Source: Opitutales bacterium
GTDB taxonomy: Bacteria > Verrucomicrobiota > Verrucomicrobiia > Opitutales > UBA2987
Direction: 5' to 3'
DNA: 64,000 nucleotides
Assembly (NCBI GenBank): GCA_965226885.1
Contig: CBDDEL010000013.1
Span: 192,001-256,000, forward strand
Positions 27,774 to 38,265 of the stretch are shown piece by piece. The notes beneath the pieces were generated by a model. The model was not told the DNA's origin. It did no database searches and saw only the letters and a program-made list of their open reading frames with translations. The translations under genes and the position numbers were made by a program. The stretch's first letter is position 1. The number at the start of each line of letters is the position of its first letter.

Positions 27774-30410
27774 ATGATGAAAAAGCTGGAAGATATTTTG
27801 CGCCGATTTCTGGAAATGTGGATCGGCATCGTTTTGCGTTGGCCGGGCACAGTTCTGGCTCTTTCCGTGTTGTTGAGCGTTTTCGTTTACCACTATACGG
27901 CCAACAACCTAAAGATAAACACCAATACCGGCGACATGATCTCTGCGGAGCTGCCGTTCCGCAAAACTTACGCCCATTATCAGGAAGTTTTTCCCCAATA
28001 CCCGGACGGTCTGGCCATCGCGGTGGAAGCCGACACGCCGGAATTCGCCCAGGAAGGTGCCCGAATATTGTCCCGGCGGTTGCAGGCGGACACGGCCCAT
28101 TTCATGAATACCTATCTGCCTCGGGGAGGGAAATTCCTGGAGGAAAATGGTCTCATGTTTCTCTCCCTGGATAAACTGGAGGACCTGACCGACAACCTGG
28201 CCAAAGCGCAGCCACTGCTGGCCTCCCTCCATCGCGACCCGAGCTTGCGCGGGCTCCTCGATATGCTGGAAATCGGCATTGAGGTGTTAGCGGAGGACGA
28301 AGATTTGAATCTCGATCCGGTCTTTGCCAGAATCAATGAAGCATTCCAGGCCAATCTCGAGGACAGGCCCTTCTATCTCTCCTGGCAGGAGGTGATGGGC
28401 GACAAGGATGCCAGCGCGGAAGATCGCCGCCGCCTGGTTTTGACGCAGGCCGTTTTCGATTACAATCAACTCCTTCCGGCATCCAAAATTTTGGAAAAAA
28501 TCCACTCCATCGGCAGAGAACTGGATAAGGACGGCTCGAAGGGCATTCGGGTGCGGGTGACGGGCGGGGCCGCCCTCGGCCATGATGAGTTAAACAGCCT
28601 CATATCCGGCTCGACCGCTGCCGGGGCGGCCTCTTTAGCCCTCGTCCTGATCACGCTATCGATCGGTTTGCGTTCCATAGGGCTGGTGGGCGCTACATTT
28701 ACAATCCTCCTCATGGGCATTCTTTTCACTTCCGGTTTCGCCGCCTTGTCCATCGGATACCTGAACCTGATTTCAATTGCCTTCGCCATTCTTTATATCG
28801 GCATGGGGGTTGATTACGCCATCCACATCTGCTTGCGCTACCTCGCTTTTCTCCATCAGGGGCTTTCCCGGCACGAAGCCTTGAAGGCCAGCGTGCTCGA
28901 TATCGGCCCATCCATCTTTCTTTGCACTCTCTCCACTTCGATCGGGTTTTTCGCCTTTGTTCCCACCGATTACGCGGGCGTTTCCGAACTCGGACTGATC
29001 TCCGGCGCCGGCATGTTTATCAGCCTGTTTGTCAGCCTGACAGTGCTGCCTGCGATTCTCAAACTCTTGCCGGCTCCGAAGGCGACAAAGCTGGGTGTAC
29101 CGCTGATGGGCAAACTGCTGGAACCGTTGAAAACCCTCCCCACCCGCCATGCAAGTCCGATTCGCCTGCTCAGTTATGTATTTCTGTTCGTAGCTATTTT
29201 TGCGCTGCCCAATATTGTTTTTGATTACGATCCGCTTAAACTTCGCGATCCGACGGCCGAATCGATCGCCTTGGTCCAGGATATCATCGAAACGACGGGG
29301 AAACATCCCAGCACCATCATTGTTCTGGCCAAAGACGATGCCACCGCCCGTAGTTGGGCCGAAGAAATCGAGAACTTGAGCACCGTGGACAAGGTGGTGT
29401 CCATTCATAAATTCGTGCCCGATGAGCAGGAGGAAAAAAATTACCTGGTCGAAGACATCGACCTCATTTTAGGACCTCAAATGTTCGAATCCCCCCAAGA
29501 CGAACCGCCCGCTTATGAGGAACAAATTTTAAAAATCCGCAGTTTTCTGGCCACCCTGGAGGAAAATCCGAAAGGCGCCGAACGTTCAAAAGAGTTGGCC
29601 CGCACCGGCCAATTATTGAAAAAATTGCTGGAAACCCTGGAAAATGATAATTCCGAAAAAAGCGTTGCACGCGTGACGAACCTGGAAAACAGCCTGATGG
29701 CCACACTTCCCGTCTCCTTGGACACCCTGGAGACCTCGTTATCATCCGCTCCATTCACGAGGGATGATTTGCCGGAAGATCTATACCGGCGATGGGTCAG
29801 CGATGAGGGCGACTACCGCTTGCAGGTTTTTCCCCTTGAAAACATCAGCGATAACGATGCTCTCAAGCGATTCGTGAGCGAAGTGCGGACCATCTCCGTT
29901 GGGGCCACCGCTGGTCCGGTATTCATTCTCGAAGCGGGCAAAGCCATCATAGGCTCCTTTAAGAAGGCTTTTATCAGCGCGATCATTCTCATCGCCCTGC
30001 TCCTAGTGCTCGTTTTCCGAAACTTCCGCGACCCAATCTTCGTCCTTTTTCCGTTGGTAGTAGCCGGAACCCTGACTGGTGCAGCCACCGTGCTTCTCGA
30101 TATGCCGTTTAACTTTGCCAACATCATCGCTCTGCCCCTTTTGCTCGGTCTAGGGGTGGATAATGGTGTGCACATGGTTCATCGTCTCAGAAAACCGGTT
30201 CCGGAAAGCGCCACCTTGCTCCATACGAGCACGGCCAGGGGCATCTTTTTCAGCGCCTTGACTACTATTTTCAGTTTCGGCACACTTGGATTTTTATCTC
30301 ACCGGGGAACCGCCAGTATGGGCCAGCTCCTCACTTTGGGCGTGGCGCTCACTTTGCTTGTTACCCTGCTTGTATTGCCGGCCTTTTTGAAAAAGCCTAA
30401 ACGCGCTTAG
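27774..30410 (+). CDS. hpnN: Hopanoid transporter HpnN (MMPL/RND)
   Basis: 878 aa; INTNTGDMISAELPFR, GMGVDYAIH, FNFANIIALPLLLGLGVDNGVH. Confidence 0.9.
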   Translation: MMKKLEDILRRFLEMWIGIVLRWPGTVLALSVLLSVFVYHYTANNLKINTNTGDMISAELPFRKTYAHYQEVFPQYPDGLAIAVEADTPEFAQEGARILSRRLQADTAHFMNTYLPRGGKFLEENGLMFLSLDKLEDLTDNLAKAQPLLASLHRDPSLRGLLDMLEIGIEVLAEDEDLNLDPVFARINEAFQANLEDRPFYLSWQEVMGDKDASAEDRRRLVLTQAVFDYNQLLPASKILEKIHSIGRELDKDGSKGIRVRVTGGAALGHDELNSLISGSTAAGAASLALVLITLSIGLRSIGLVGATFTILLMGILFTSGFAALSIGYLNLISIAFAILYIGMGVDYAIHICLRYLAFLHQGLSRHEALKASVLDIGPSIFLCTLSTSIGFFAFVPTDYAGVSELGLISGAGMFISLFVSLTVLPAILKLLPAPKATKLGVPLMGKLLEPLKTLPTRHASPIRLLSYVFLFVAIFALPNIVFDYDPLKLRDPTAESIALVQDIIETTGKHPSTIIVLAKDDATARSWAEEIENLSTVDKVVSIHKFVPDEQEEKNYLVEDIDLILGPQMFESPQDEPPAYEEQILKIRSFLATLEENPKGAERSKELARTGQLLKKLLETLENDNSEKSVARVTNLENSLMATLPVSLDTLETSLSSAPFTRDDLPEDLYRRWVSDEGDYRLQVFPLENISDNDALKRFVSEVRTISVGATAGPVFILEAGKAIIGSFKKAFISAIILIALLLVLVFRNFRDPIFVLFPLVVAGTLTGAATVLLDMPFNFANIIALPLLLGLGVDNGVHMVHRLRKPVPESATLLHTSTARGIFFSALTTIFSFGTLGFLSHRGTASMGQLLTLGVALTLLVTLLVLPAFLKKPKRA

Positions 30411-30430
30411 AGCCTAAAACGGATCCATCA

Positions 30431-31417
30431 ATGGAAATTCTCGTCACAGGCGCCACAGGATTTGTCGGTTCCGCCGTCCTGCGCCTTTTATTGCAGGAAG
30501 GTCACAGCATGCGCGCCCTGGCCCGCGAAGGAAGCGACCGCAGAAACCTCAATGATCTCTCAGTAAAAATCGTCATCGGAGATCTTAATGACCGCGCGTC
30601 CCTCGATTCCGCCCTCCGCGGCTGCCAGGCGCTTTACCATGTGGCCGCCGATTATAGGTTATGGGTCCCCAAACCGGAGGAAATTTACAAAAACAACGTC
30701 GAAGGCACGCGCAATATCATGCAGGCCGCCGCCCAGGCTGGAGTCGGGCGTATAGTTTACACCAGCAGCGTGGCCGCCCTCGGCCTGCACTCCGATGGGA
30801 CTCCGGCTGACGAATTGACGCCCGTCTTCATCGACCATATGATCGGACATTACAAACGCTCCAAATTCCTGGCCGAGGAGGTCGTGCGGAAAATGGCGGT
30901 AGAAGAAGGATTGCCCGTCGTCATCGTCAATCCCTCCACTCCTGTCGGGCCGCGGGATATTAAACCAACCCCCACCGGCCGATTGATCCAGGATGCGGTT
31001 GGAGGAAAAATGGCCGCTTATGTCGATACCGGCCTCAACATCGTCCATGTCGATGATGTCGCCGCAGGGCATTTGCTGGCCTTTAAAAAAGGTGAAATCG
31101 GAGAGCGCTACATACTCGGTTCCGAAAACATGACGTTGCGGGAAATCTTAGGAGAAATCGCCCGCCTCGCAGGTAGGACGCCGCCGCACATTCGACTGCC
31201 CCACAACCTCGTTTTGCCCATTGCCTTTGCCATGGAAACTTGGGCCCGAATAACCGGTTGGTATGAACCCCAGGCCACCGTTGACAGCGTTCGAATGTCC
31301 AAAAAGAAAATGTTCTTTAGCATCGAAAAAGCCCGTCAAAAACTTGGTTACGAACCTCGCCCCGCCAATGAAGCTCTCCAAGCCGCCGTCAGTTGGTTTC
31401 AAGAGCAGCCCTCTTAA
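30431..31417 (+). CDS. hpnA: Hopanoid-associated NAD-dependent sugar epimerase
   Basis: TGATGFVG, HVAADYRLW, YKRSK, VNPSTPVGPRDIKPTPTG. Confidence 0.92.
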   Translation: MEILVTGATGFVGSAVLRLLLQEGHSMRALAREGSDRRNLNDLSVKIVIGDLNDRASLDSALRGCQALYHVAADYRLWVPKPEEIYKNNVEGTRNIMQAAAQAGVGRIVYTSSVAALGLHSDGTPADELTPVFIDHMIGHYKRSKFLAEEVVRKMAVEEGLPVVIVNPSTPVGPRDIKPTPTGRLIQDAVGGKMAAYVDTGLNIVHVDDVAAGHLLAFKKGEIGERYILGSENMTLREILGEIARLAGRTPPHIRLPHNLVLPIAFAMETWARITGWYEPQATVDSVRMSKKKMFFSIEKARQKLGYEPRPANEALQAAVSWFQEQPS

Positions 31418-31455
31418 ATCAATCAGTAAGGCAAATGCGGCCACCCTTACTGAAA

Positions 31456-33402
31456 TTAGAAACTGACCGGGTCTTGCTTGATGAATATCTGTTCCTGGAA
31501 AATGGGGCGGGGCCAACCGCGGAAGTTGTTTTCCACACTGCATTCAACAGGAACATTGCCAAGCCGGGTGTTCGCGCCCCAGATTCTGTAAGCGGCGCCG
31601 ATAACAATGGCCGGAATATTTTCGGTCTGCAGATCCCGAACCCGCACCATGGCTTCGCGTCGCTCATCGGGATTGACAGAGAAAAAGGCCTTCTTCATCT
31701 GAGCGGTTGCCTCCATTAACCATTTCGGACTTTCCTTGGAAGCATTACGATGCCAAAATGGTTGGTTGGGCGCCCAAGTCACCCAATGGTGAGGGGCGTC
31801 CAATGGATCGGCGGCTGCCCGCTGAAGGCTGGCAGCTATTTCGAATTCTCCATTCAGCTTGCGGGGAAAAAGGATTTCTTCTTCTCCAGGGTTCAGGTGG
31901 ACGCGGATTCCGATGTCTTTCCAATGGTCGGCGACCAGTTCGCAAAAATCCAGAAGTGCAGAGTTGTTGATGACATCGATTACTACCTCGAAAGGGGAGC
32001 CGTCCTTCAATTCCCGGGTTCCGTCGTTGTCCGAATCGATATAGCCGCCAGCGTCGAGCAACAGGCGTGATTTTTGAGGATCGTAGGAGGAATATTTTCG
32101 GGCGGCCTCTGCGGAATAATAAGGACTTCCCGTGCCGAAAGTGTATCCGCTTGGGACAAGAAGGCCATTGTAGGCGATCCGTCCGATTTCCTCCCGGTTA
32201 ATGGCGTGGGAGAGGGCAATGCGGACATTTTTCTCTCGAAAGGCTCTTTGCAATGCCGGTGATGGCGCATCCCAGTTCAAATAAAGAGTTGGACCGCGAA
32301 CAGGTGTAGACTGCCTTAATTGAAAGCGACCTCTTTTTTCCTCGGCTTTGGCCGCTGGCACCATTTCGGCTTTGAAATTTTCTCCAAAAAGATCGATCTC
32401 ACCATTCGTGAATTTGAGCAGAATCATCTGCCTTTCCGGTACGATGCTAAAGAGCAGCCGGTCTGCATAGGGCAACTGGTTGCCGGCGCTGTCCACTTTC
32501 CAGTAGTAGGGATTGCGCTCATAAACCACCTTCTGGCCTCGAACCCACTCCACTGGTACCCAGGCTGAAAGTCGCGGAATACCCGGCTCCATAACGAGCC
32601 TCCCCGCAGTAACGCTGGTGCGCTTCTTGAAATCATCGTAGGTGGCCTCAGCGTTGTAACGGGGATGATATTTGGCCCATATATGTTTGGGTTGAGCCAG
32701 GTCGTCATGGCAAAGGGAGTTCAATACACGGCCCAACGGTTTCGAAGAGGTGATTTTCAACGTGAGATCGTCAACTTTTTCCAGTTTGATAGGTTTGCCA
32801 TCGGCAAGCCACTCACTAGGTGGAAAAGGCTCTGTCATAGCGTTTTTATCGAAAACCATGTCGTAATACCAGAAGAGGATGTCATCGACGGTGAAAGGAA
32901 TGCCATCGGACCAACGGATTCCCTTGCGGATACGGAAAACAGCCGTTTTACCATCTTCAAAAAATTTATAACTCTCTGCCAAATTCAGTTGGATACTCCT
33001 GGCCACGGGTCGTTCGTAACCCAATAAATTTTCATTCAATGTTTTGGTAATTTCGGTTTCCTGCACAGTGTCGTCGGTGAGAGCGCGGCGAATGGTTCCC
33101 CCGTAAGTTCCGATTTCTTCGATGGGCACCACAACCAGCGGGTTTTCAGGGAGCCTTTCCGACACCGGGGGCAATTCACCACGGGCAACAAGTTTGGCCA
33201 GCATGGGAGCTTCCCCGAAGGAGCGGGTGGCCAGAATGGCAGCGTCTATTTCAAACGGCGCACGGGTTGGTTGCCTGATTTCCAGAGTGGAAGAAGCGCT
33301 CGCTTTCGGCCCATCCGAATTCTCCGGAGGATCTGATTTTATGCAGCCACAGAAAAAAAGACCGCAAAAAAGGAACAACGAATATATAACCTTTCGAAAC
33401 AT
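31456..33402 (-). CDS. ABC transporter substrate-binding lipoprotein, family 5
   Basis: EAPMLAKLVARGELPPVSERLP, WSDGIPFTVDDI, ERNPYYWKVD. Confidence 0.9.
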   Translation of the reverse strand: MFRKVIYSLFLFCGLFFCGCIKSDPPENSDGPKASASSTLEIRQPTRAPFEIDAAILATRSFGEAPMLAKLVARGELPPVSERLPENPLVVVPIEEIGTYGGTIRRALTDDTVQETEITKTLNENLLGYERPVARSIQLNLAESYKFFEDGKTAVFRIRKGIRWSDGIPFTVDDILFWYYDMVFDKNAMTEPFPPSEWLADGKPIKLEKVDDLTLKITSSKPLGRVLNSLCHDDLAQPKHIWAKYHPRYNAEATYDDFKKRTSVTAGRLVMEPGIPRLSAWVPVEWVRGQKVVYERNPYYWKVDSAGNQLPYADRLLFSIVPERQMILLKFTNGEIDLFGENFKAEMVPAAKAEEKRGRFQLRQSTPVRGPTLYLNWDAPSPALQRAFREKNVRIALSHAINREEIGRIAYNGLLVPSGYTFGTGSPYYSAEAARKYSSYDPQKSRLLLDAGGYIDSDNDGTRELKDGSPFEVVIDVINNSALLDFCELVADHWKDIGIRVHLNPGEEEILFPRKLNGEFEIAASLQRAAADPLDAPHHWVTWAPNQPFWHRNASKESPKWLMEATAQMKKAFFSVNPDERREAMVRVRDLQTENIPAIVIGAAYRIWGANTRLGNVPVECSVENNFRGWPRPIFQEQIFIKQDPVSF

Positions 33403-33535
33403 TAATTAGTTTTAATTTGAAAGATAATGCATTTCTTATCGATTGCGCCAAAAATATTTCTAGAATCGCACCCGATCTATATAAAAGGCTAATTTTGGCC
33501 AGACATTCAAGTATATTAGAAATAGGAAATATATC

Positions 33536-34435
33536 ATGTTCACTGAGATCAAAGCGGCTGCTATTTCATTCCGGCCACGTAAATACGACCTTGAGGGCAA
33601 TTCCAACCGTCTGGAAAAGGCATTCCGTCAAGCTGCCCAAGAGGGGGCGGATTTGGCCCTCGGTCCCGAAGGTATTCTCGAAGGATACGTTGTCAGCGAT
33701 ATCCTGAAGGGGATTCAGCCCGCTGAACGAATGAGAGAGGTTTCTCTCACAGTGCGCAGTTCCGGGATAGGGAGGTTTCGCCGCCTCGCGCGCGAACTCG
33801 GCATATGCCTGCCATTCGGGTTTGTTGAGAGGATTGGTGAGGAACTCTTTAATTGCGCCATCTTCATCGACCACAGTGGGAAAATCCGTGGAAAACAACA
33901 CAAGATGCAGTTCGGGTGTGGTTATCAAGACTCATGGTGGTTCAATCGCCTGGGCCAACATAGCCGTGCTTTCGCGACGCCCTTCGGTCGCGCAGGTTTC
34001 CTCATTTGCAACGATCGCTGGAACCCGGATATAGCACGCATCCTCGTTCTCGACGAGGCGCGCTACTTACTTATTCCATCGTATGGAAACCGTTCTGCTC
34101 GTCAGGATGCCACTGTTCTGGCTCGGGCGCGGGAAGACGGAGTTCCCATCATCGAGGCCAATGTGGGTGTTACAATGATTGTAAGTAAAGGTGAAATCAT
34201 AAAAAGATCGCGGAAAATCGTGGATATAACTTATGGAACCGGAACCATCGAAATTCCTGCCGCTCCTTCAAAAACAGATCGCGATTGCCAGGAGAAAGCT
34301 TTCCTTAAATCGAGAAAAGAGCAGATGCTGCCCCGCTATAAGAGGTGGATAAAAAAAACCTCAAGCCGCGTGAACCTTCTCAATAATTTATGGAGATTCA
34401 TACCGCCATCTTCAATAATTATTTGTATTGGATGA
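33536..34435 (+). CDS. Carbon-nitrogen hydrolase (nitrilase family)
   Basis: Catalytic triad contexts GPEG, HKMQ, ICNDRW. Confidence 0.85.
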   Translation: MFTEIKAAAISFRPRKYDLEGNSNRLEKAFRQAAQEGADLALGPEGILEGYVVSDILKGIQPAERMREVSLTVRSSGIGRFRRLARELGICLPFGFVERIGEELFNCAIFIDHSGKIRGKQHKMQFGCGYQDSWWFNRLGQHSRAFATPFGRAGFLICNDRWNPDIARILVLDEARYLLIPSYGNRSARQDATVLARAREDGVPIIEANVGVTMIVSKGEIIKRSRKIVDITYGTGTIEIPAAPSKTDRDCQEKAFLKSRKEQMLPRYKRWIKKTSSRVNLLNNLWRFIPPSSIIICIG

Positions 34436-34580
34436 GTTATGGATGGCGCTAAGATATACTTATTATATAATCGTAATTTTTAATCTGCCTGGGGAGAGGT
34501 AAAGTCTATGGAGGGGGAAAACCAATGTTGCCAATGGCCGATTAAGGCAAAATGATTCATGTCTAGCATACTTCGTTAAT

Positions 34581-35976
34581 ATGACGGAACCTACCTTGCC
34601 GAATATCCTCGTCATCATGGCTGACGACCATGCCCAGTGGGCAGCCCATTGCTATGGCAATTCGGAGCTGAGAACTCCGAATATGGATTTTCTTGCGGAA
34701 AGCGGGCTGCTCATGCAGAACGCTTACACGCCTTGCCCGGTTTGTTCCCCTGCACGGGCTTGCTTTTTTACCGGGCGTCTGCCTTCCCAGCATGGGATTC
34801 ACGATTTTTTAGCCAGCACCGAGGAGTTTAATCATGGCTGGATGAACGGAGAGACTACTCTGCCCATGTTGCTAAAGGAAAACGGTTATCAAACCGGACT
34901 CATCGGCAAATGGCATTGCACAACGAGCAGCACTGCGCCGCAGCCCGGCTTCGACCGTTGGGTCAGCTATGGTTATAATGAAAAAGCGGGATGGAGAAAC
35001 CAGTACCTCCATCAAGGCCCGACCCTTATTTCGGAGCAGGGCGAGGACAAGCTGATACACGGTTATCAAACCCGTTCTTTCAACCGGCAAGCCGTTCGTT
35101 TTTTACGGGAGCGGGACACGAAACAGCCGTTTTTCCTGTTTGTCGGGCCTACCGATACTCATTTTCCGTTTGTGGGGCACCCCTCCCGGCTGGCGGAGCA
35201 TTACCGGCAAGCCCGCTTTTGGGATATTCCGGAAAATGAAAAGTCCCATTTGGAACCTTCCAGCCACATCTCTCCCTATAAGGGGACTGCAGAAGAAGCG
35301 CTGGCGCAGTATTACTCGGCTGTTGGCATGCTCGACGATCAGATTGGCGTCCTCCTGGATGAACTCAATGGAAGCGGCGACCTCGACAACACCCTGGTTG
35401 TCTATACGTCCGATCACGGGCACATGAACGGGCATTACGGCAAGGGGCAATGCCACCATGCCGCAAAATTTTTACGAGGAGTCCATTCGCGTCCCCTGCC
35501 TCATGCGCTGGCCGAAAAAACTCCCCGCCAAACGGCAGCCGTCCATGCCATTCGATCACTGCGACCTTTTTCAGACCATTCTCGATGCGGCCCAAGTGAA
35601 GTTGTCTTCCGAACAAAAGAAAAAAATCAACAGTCCGGGTCAAAGCCTGCTACCTCATATCGAGGGCATTTCCAGTGATTGGCGCGCCTACCAATTTTGC
35701 GAATACGGGAACGGCCGCATGATTTCCAATAGCAAATTGAAGTTGGTGCGTCGTTATGCGCCCCACTCAGACTTTTATACGGATGAATTTTTCGACCTTT
35801 CCATCGACCCGAGGGAAGCCGTCAATCGAATAGGCGATCCACTTTGGCAGGACAAAATTACCGGCATGGGAAATAGGCTGGAGAAACACTTTCAGCGTTA
35901 CGAGGATCCTCAACGATCAGCCAAAAATATTCAGACCCAGCCGCCCTGCAATTCCAGTGAACTCTGGCGTTCTTAA
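34581..35976 (+). pseudogene. Sulfatase, frameshifted
   Basis: PNILVIMADD, CSPARA (CxPxR), GKWH, SDHG; extra G in the run at 35444-35447; the downstream frame continues GNATMPQNFYEESIRVP. Confidence 0.82.
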
Positions 35977-36758
35977 TTCGACTTTGGATAAAAGACCATT
36001 ACTCCGTCCGAATAGCGGTAATATTGGCGGTTGCTTTCGGACTCGGCGAGGAAACGCATCCAGCCTTGGCCGTCAAAAAAATAGAGATCGGGATAATAGG
36101 CTTCTATGGCATATAACCAATCGGCAATTATGGGATCGTAAAGATAAATTCCCTCCGGCGTGGAATCGGGAAATAGGTAGTTAAACCCGTGATCCTCATG
36201 AAATATCCAGGGAAAATAGGAAATGTTGTAGAACCCGAACCAGAGTGAGAAAATCCAGTCCACGGCATTGGGCAGGCGGTTGTGGCTTCCTTGCAGTGGG
36301 TCCTCCATGATAAAGGAAAATTGGTCGTAGTGGGCTGTTCGCCAGGGGTTTTCGCCAATCGATTCGAGGTAGGGCGAAAAGGTTTTCACCTGAATCAATC
36401 CGCCGGGCGTAAACTCGATCAGGCGAATCCAGCCGCCACCGCCGTTTCCGCCCACATGCTGGGCGTTGAATAGCATCTGGTGGACATAATTGGCATTGTC
36501 CCCGAAATCGGTCAGGAAGCTGGCTCCGGTTCTTTCCGAACCCAGGCTGGCCCGGGCGGTATGGCCGTTAAATGTAAATTTGAAATTTGGGTGCAGCTTG
36601 ACCAGTTTATCCCAAAGCTCCTGGCCGTCATTGACCCCGCCGGGGAGGGAGGCCGTCTGGTAGGAGTGGGGGTTCCCGGATTGCCCGGTTCCAAAAGCAT
36701 TCCAATTGTGCCGCTGGTTCTCCGACCAGAGATAGGCATGGGTGAGCAGCACCGCTAG

Positions 36759-38265
36759 CCCGGATATTTCATGAAGGGTAAAGTTTGGCTCGTTATTGCT
36801 ATTGGAGATGGATTTCTTTGTATTTTGAGCAGATCGTCTTGATTTTTAGGTGTTTTTCAGGGTGTAGAGACACTGCCCCCTTTCCCCCATTGGTTCGGTA
36901 GTGCCGGGGGCAGCACCAATGCACCCTTTAGGTTGGCACCAATCGGCGGGCCGCATGGTTGAAAAGACTGGCCCAAGGATAACTCTCACTTAGGTGAAAG
37001 TGAATCGTTCGGGTGTTGCGCACGATGACCGCTCCGATCTTGATTAATTTGAGCCGCAGGGTGTGGCATTGGGCCCGCGCCGACAAGAGCAATCGCCACT
37101 GATTGGCCCACCATTGATGGGCGCTGGTGCGCTCGCTGAACAATTGCATCTGTTCCTTGATTCGGTTCTCCATTTCACCGCGGCCACAGTATACCTTGTC
37201 GTAAAGCTCCTGGGGATCGCCCGGCAGGTTCGTCACCACGAAGCGCGGGTTGGACCCCTGTGCGGTGTGTTCGGCTTTATGGATGACCAACCGCAGCCAT
37301 CGCCACGAATCGGCAGCATAGACGAAGTCCTGGAATAACCGTTGTTTTTTACCCCTTAGTTCGAACCATTCTTTGGCCTGCTTTTGCAACTGCTGGGCGT
37401 CTTGCTGCAAGCGTGCATTGCGAGCCATCCCCACGATGTAACTAACTTCGTTGCGGTCGCACCAAGAGAGTATCCGGTCTCGACAAAATCCACTGTCGGC
37501 GCGCCAAATAATCCGCGTACGGGGCCAGCTTTGGCGAATCCGTTTAACCAGCAATTTGAGGATGGCCCCGGCATGCTTGCTGGCATCGATCTTGCTCGGC
37601 CGCAGGTAGGCCACCAGCAGCTGATCACCGCAAAAAACATATAGCGGCAGAAAACAGTAATGATCATAATAACCGTGGAAAAAACGTCCCTCCTGGAGCC
37701 CGTGCACCGGATTGTCGGTGGCGTCAAAGTCCAGGATGATCTCTTCGGGTTCCTCGGCAAAGGAGCCCATGAACTGTTCGACCAACAGCTCGTTTACCGC
37801 AAAGGCCGCCCGCCGATCCTGCCCGTTTTCAAAACGACACAAAGTCGGCGCGCTGGCCAACGTTTCAATGCGCCCCGTTACCGTTTGCAACAATGGATCG
37901 TGGCGCAGGGTATCAAAGTCGTTCAAATCCTCATAGCCCGCCACCAGCCCGTAAACGCGCTGCCGCAGCATCCCCAATACCTCATGGCGTACTTTGCCCT
38001 TCTGCCGTTTGTCCACTAACTGTCGGGCCGCTCGTTCGGTCAAGCCCAACTGCCGATCCACTTCCCGGATCAAAAGCAGTCCGGCATCCGAAGTAACCTC
38101 TCCGCCCTTGAAATCAACCCGCACACGGCGGCCTTTTACCCTTGTCAACTGTAGCTTTAATTGTTTACCTTTTGTCATCGCTGATATTGCTTTAATTATT
38201 GATCTATCCTGCTGTATATCAGCAGTTAAGCATATCAACGATACTTTTTTTACGAAATATCCGGG
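36759..38265 (-). mobile_element. IS1380-family element (1507 bp, internal 60-bp deletion)
   Basis: Both IRs; CTAG TSD; transposase lacks LAYTLMEAMRRLALKGTKWA. Confidence 0.95.
36928..38178 (-). CDS. IS1380 transposase with in-frame 20-aa deletion (likely inactive)
   Basis: Comparison with the other copies. Confidence 0.85.
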   Translation of the reverse strand: MTKGKQLKLQLTRVKGRRVRVDFKGGEVTSDAGLLLIREVDRQLGLTERAARQLVDKRQKGKVRHEVLGMLRQRVYGLVAGYEDLNDFDTLRHDPLLQTVTGRIETLASAPTLCRFENGQDRRAAFAVNELLVEQFMGSFAEEPEEIILDFDATDNPVHGLQEGRFFHGYYDHYCFLPLYVFCGDQLLVAYLRPSKIDASKHAGAILKLLVKRIRQSWPRTRIIWRADSGFCRDRILSWCDRNEVSYIVGMARNARLQQDAQQLQKQAKEWFELRGKKQRLFQDFVYAADSWRWLRLVIHKAEHTAQGSNPRFVVTNLPGDPQELYDKVYCGRGEMENRIKEQMQLFSERTSAHQWWANQWRLLLSARAQCHTLRLKLIKIGAVIVRNTRTIHFHLSESYPWASLFNHAARRLVPT

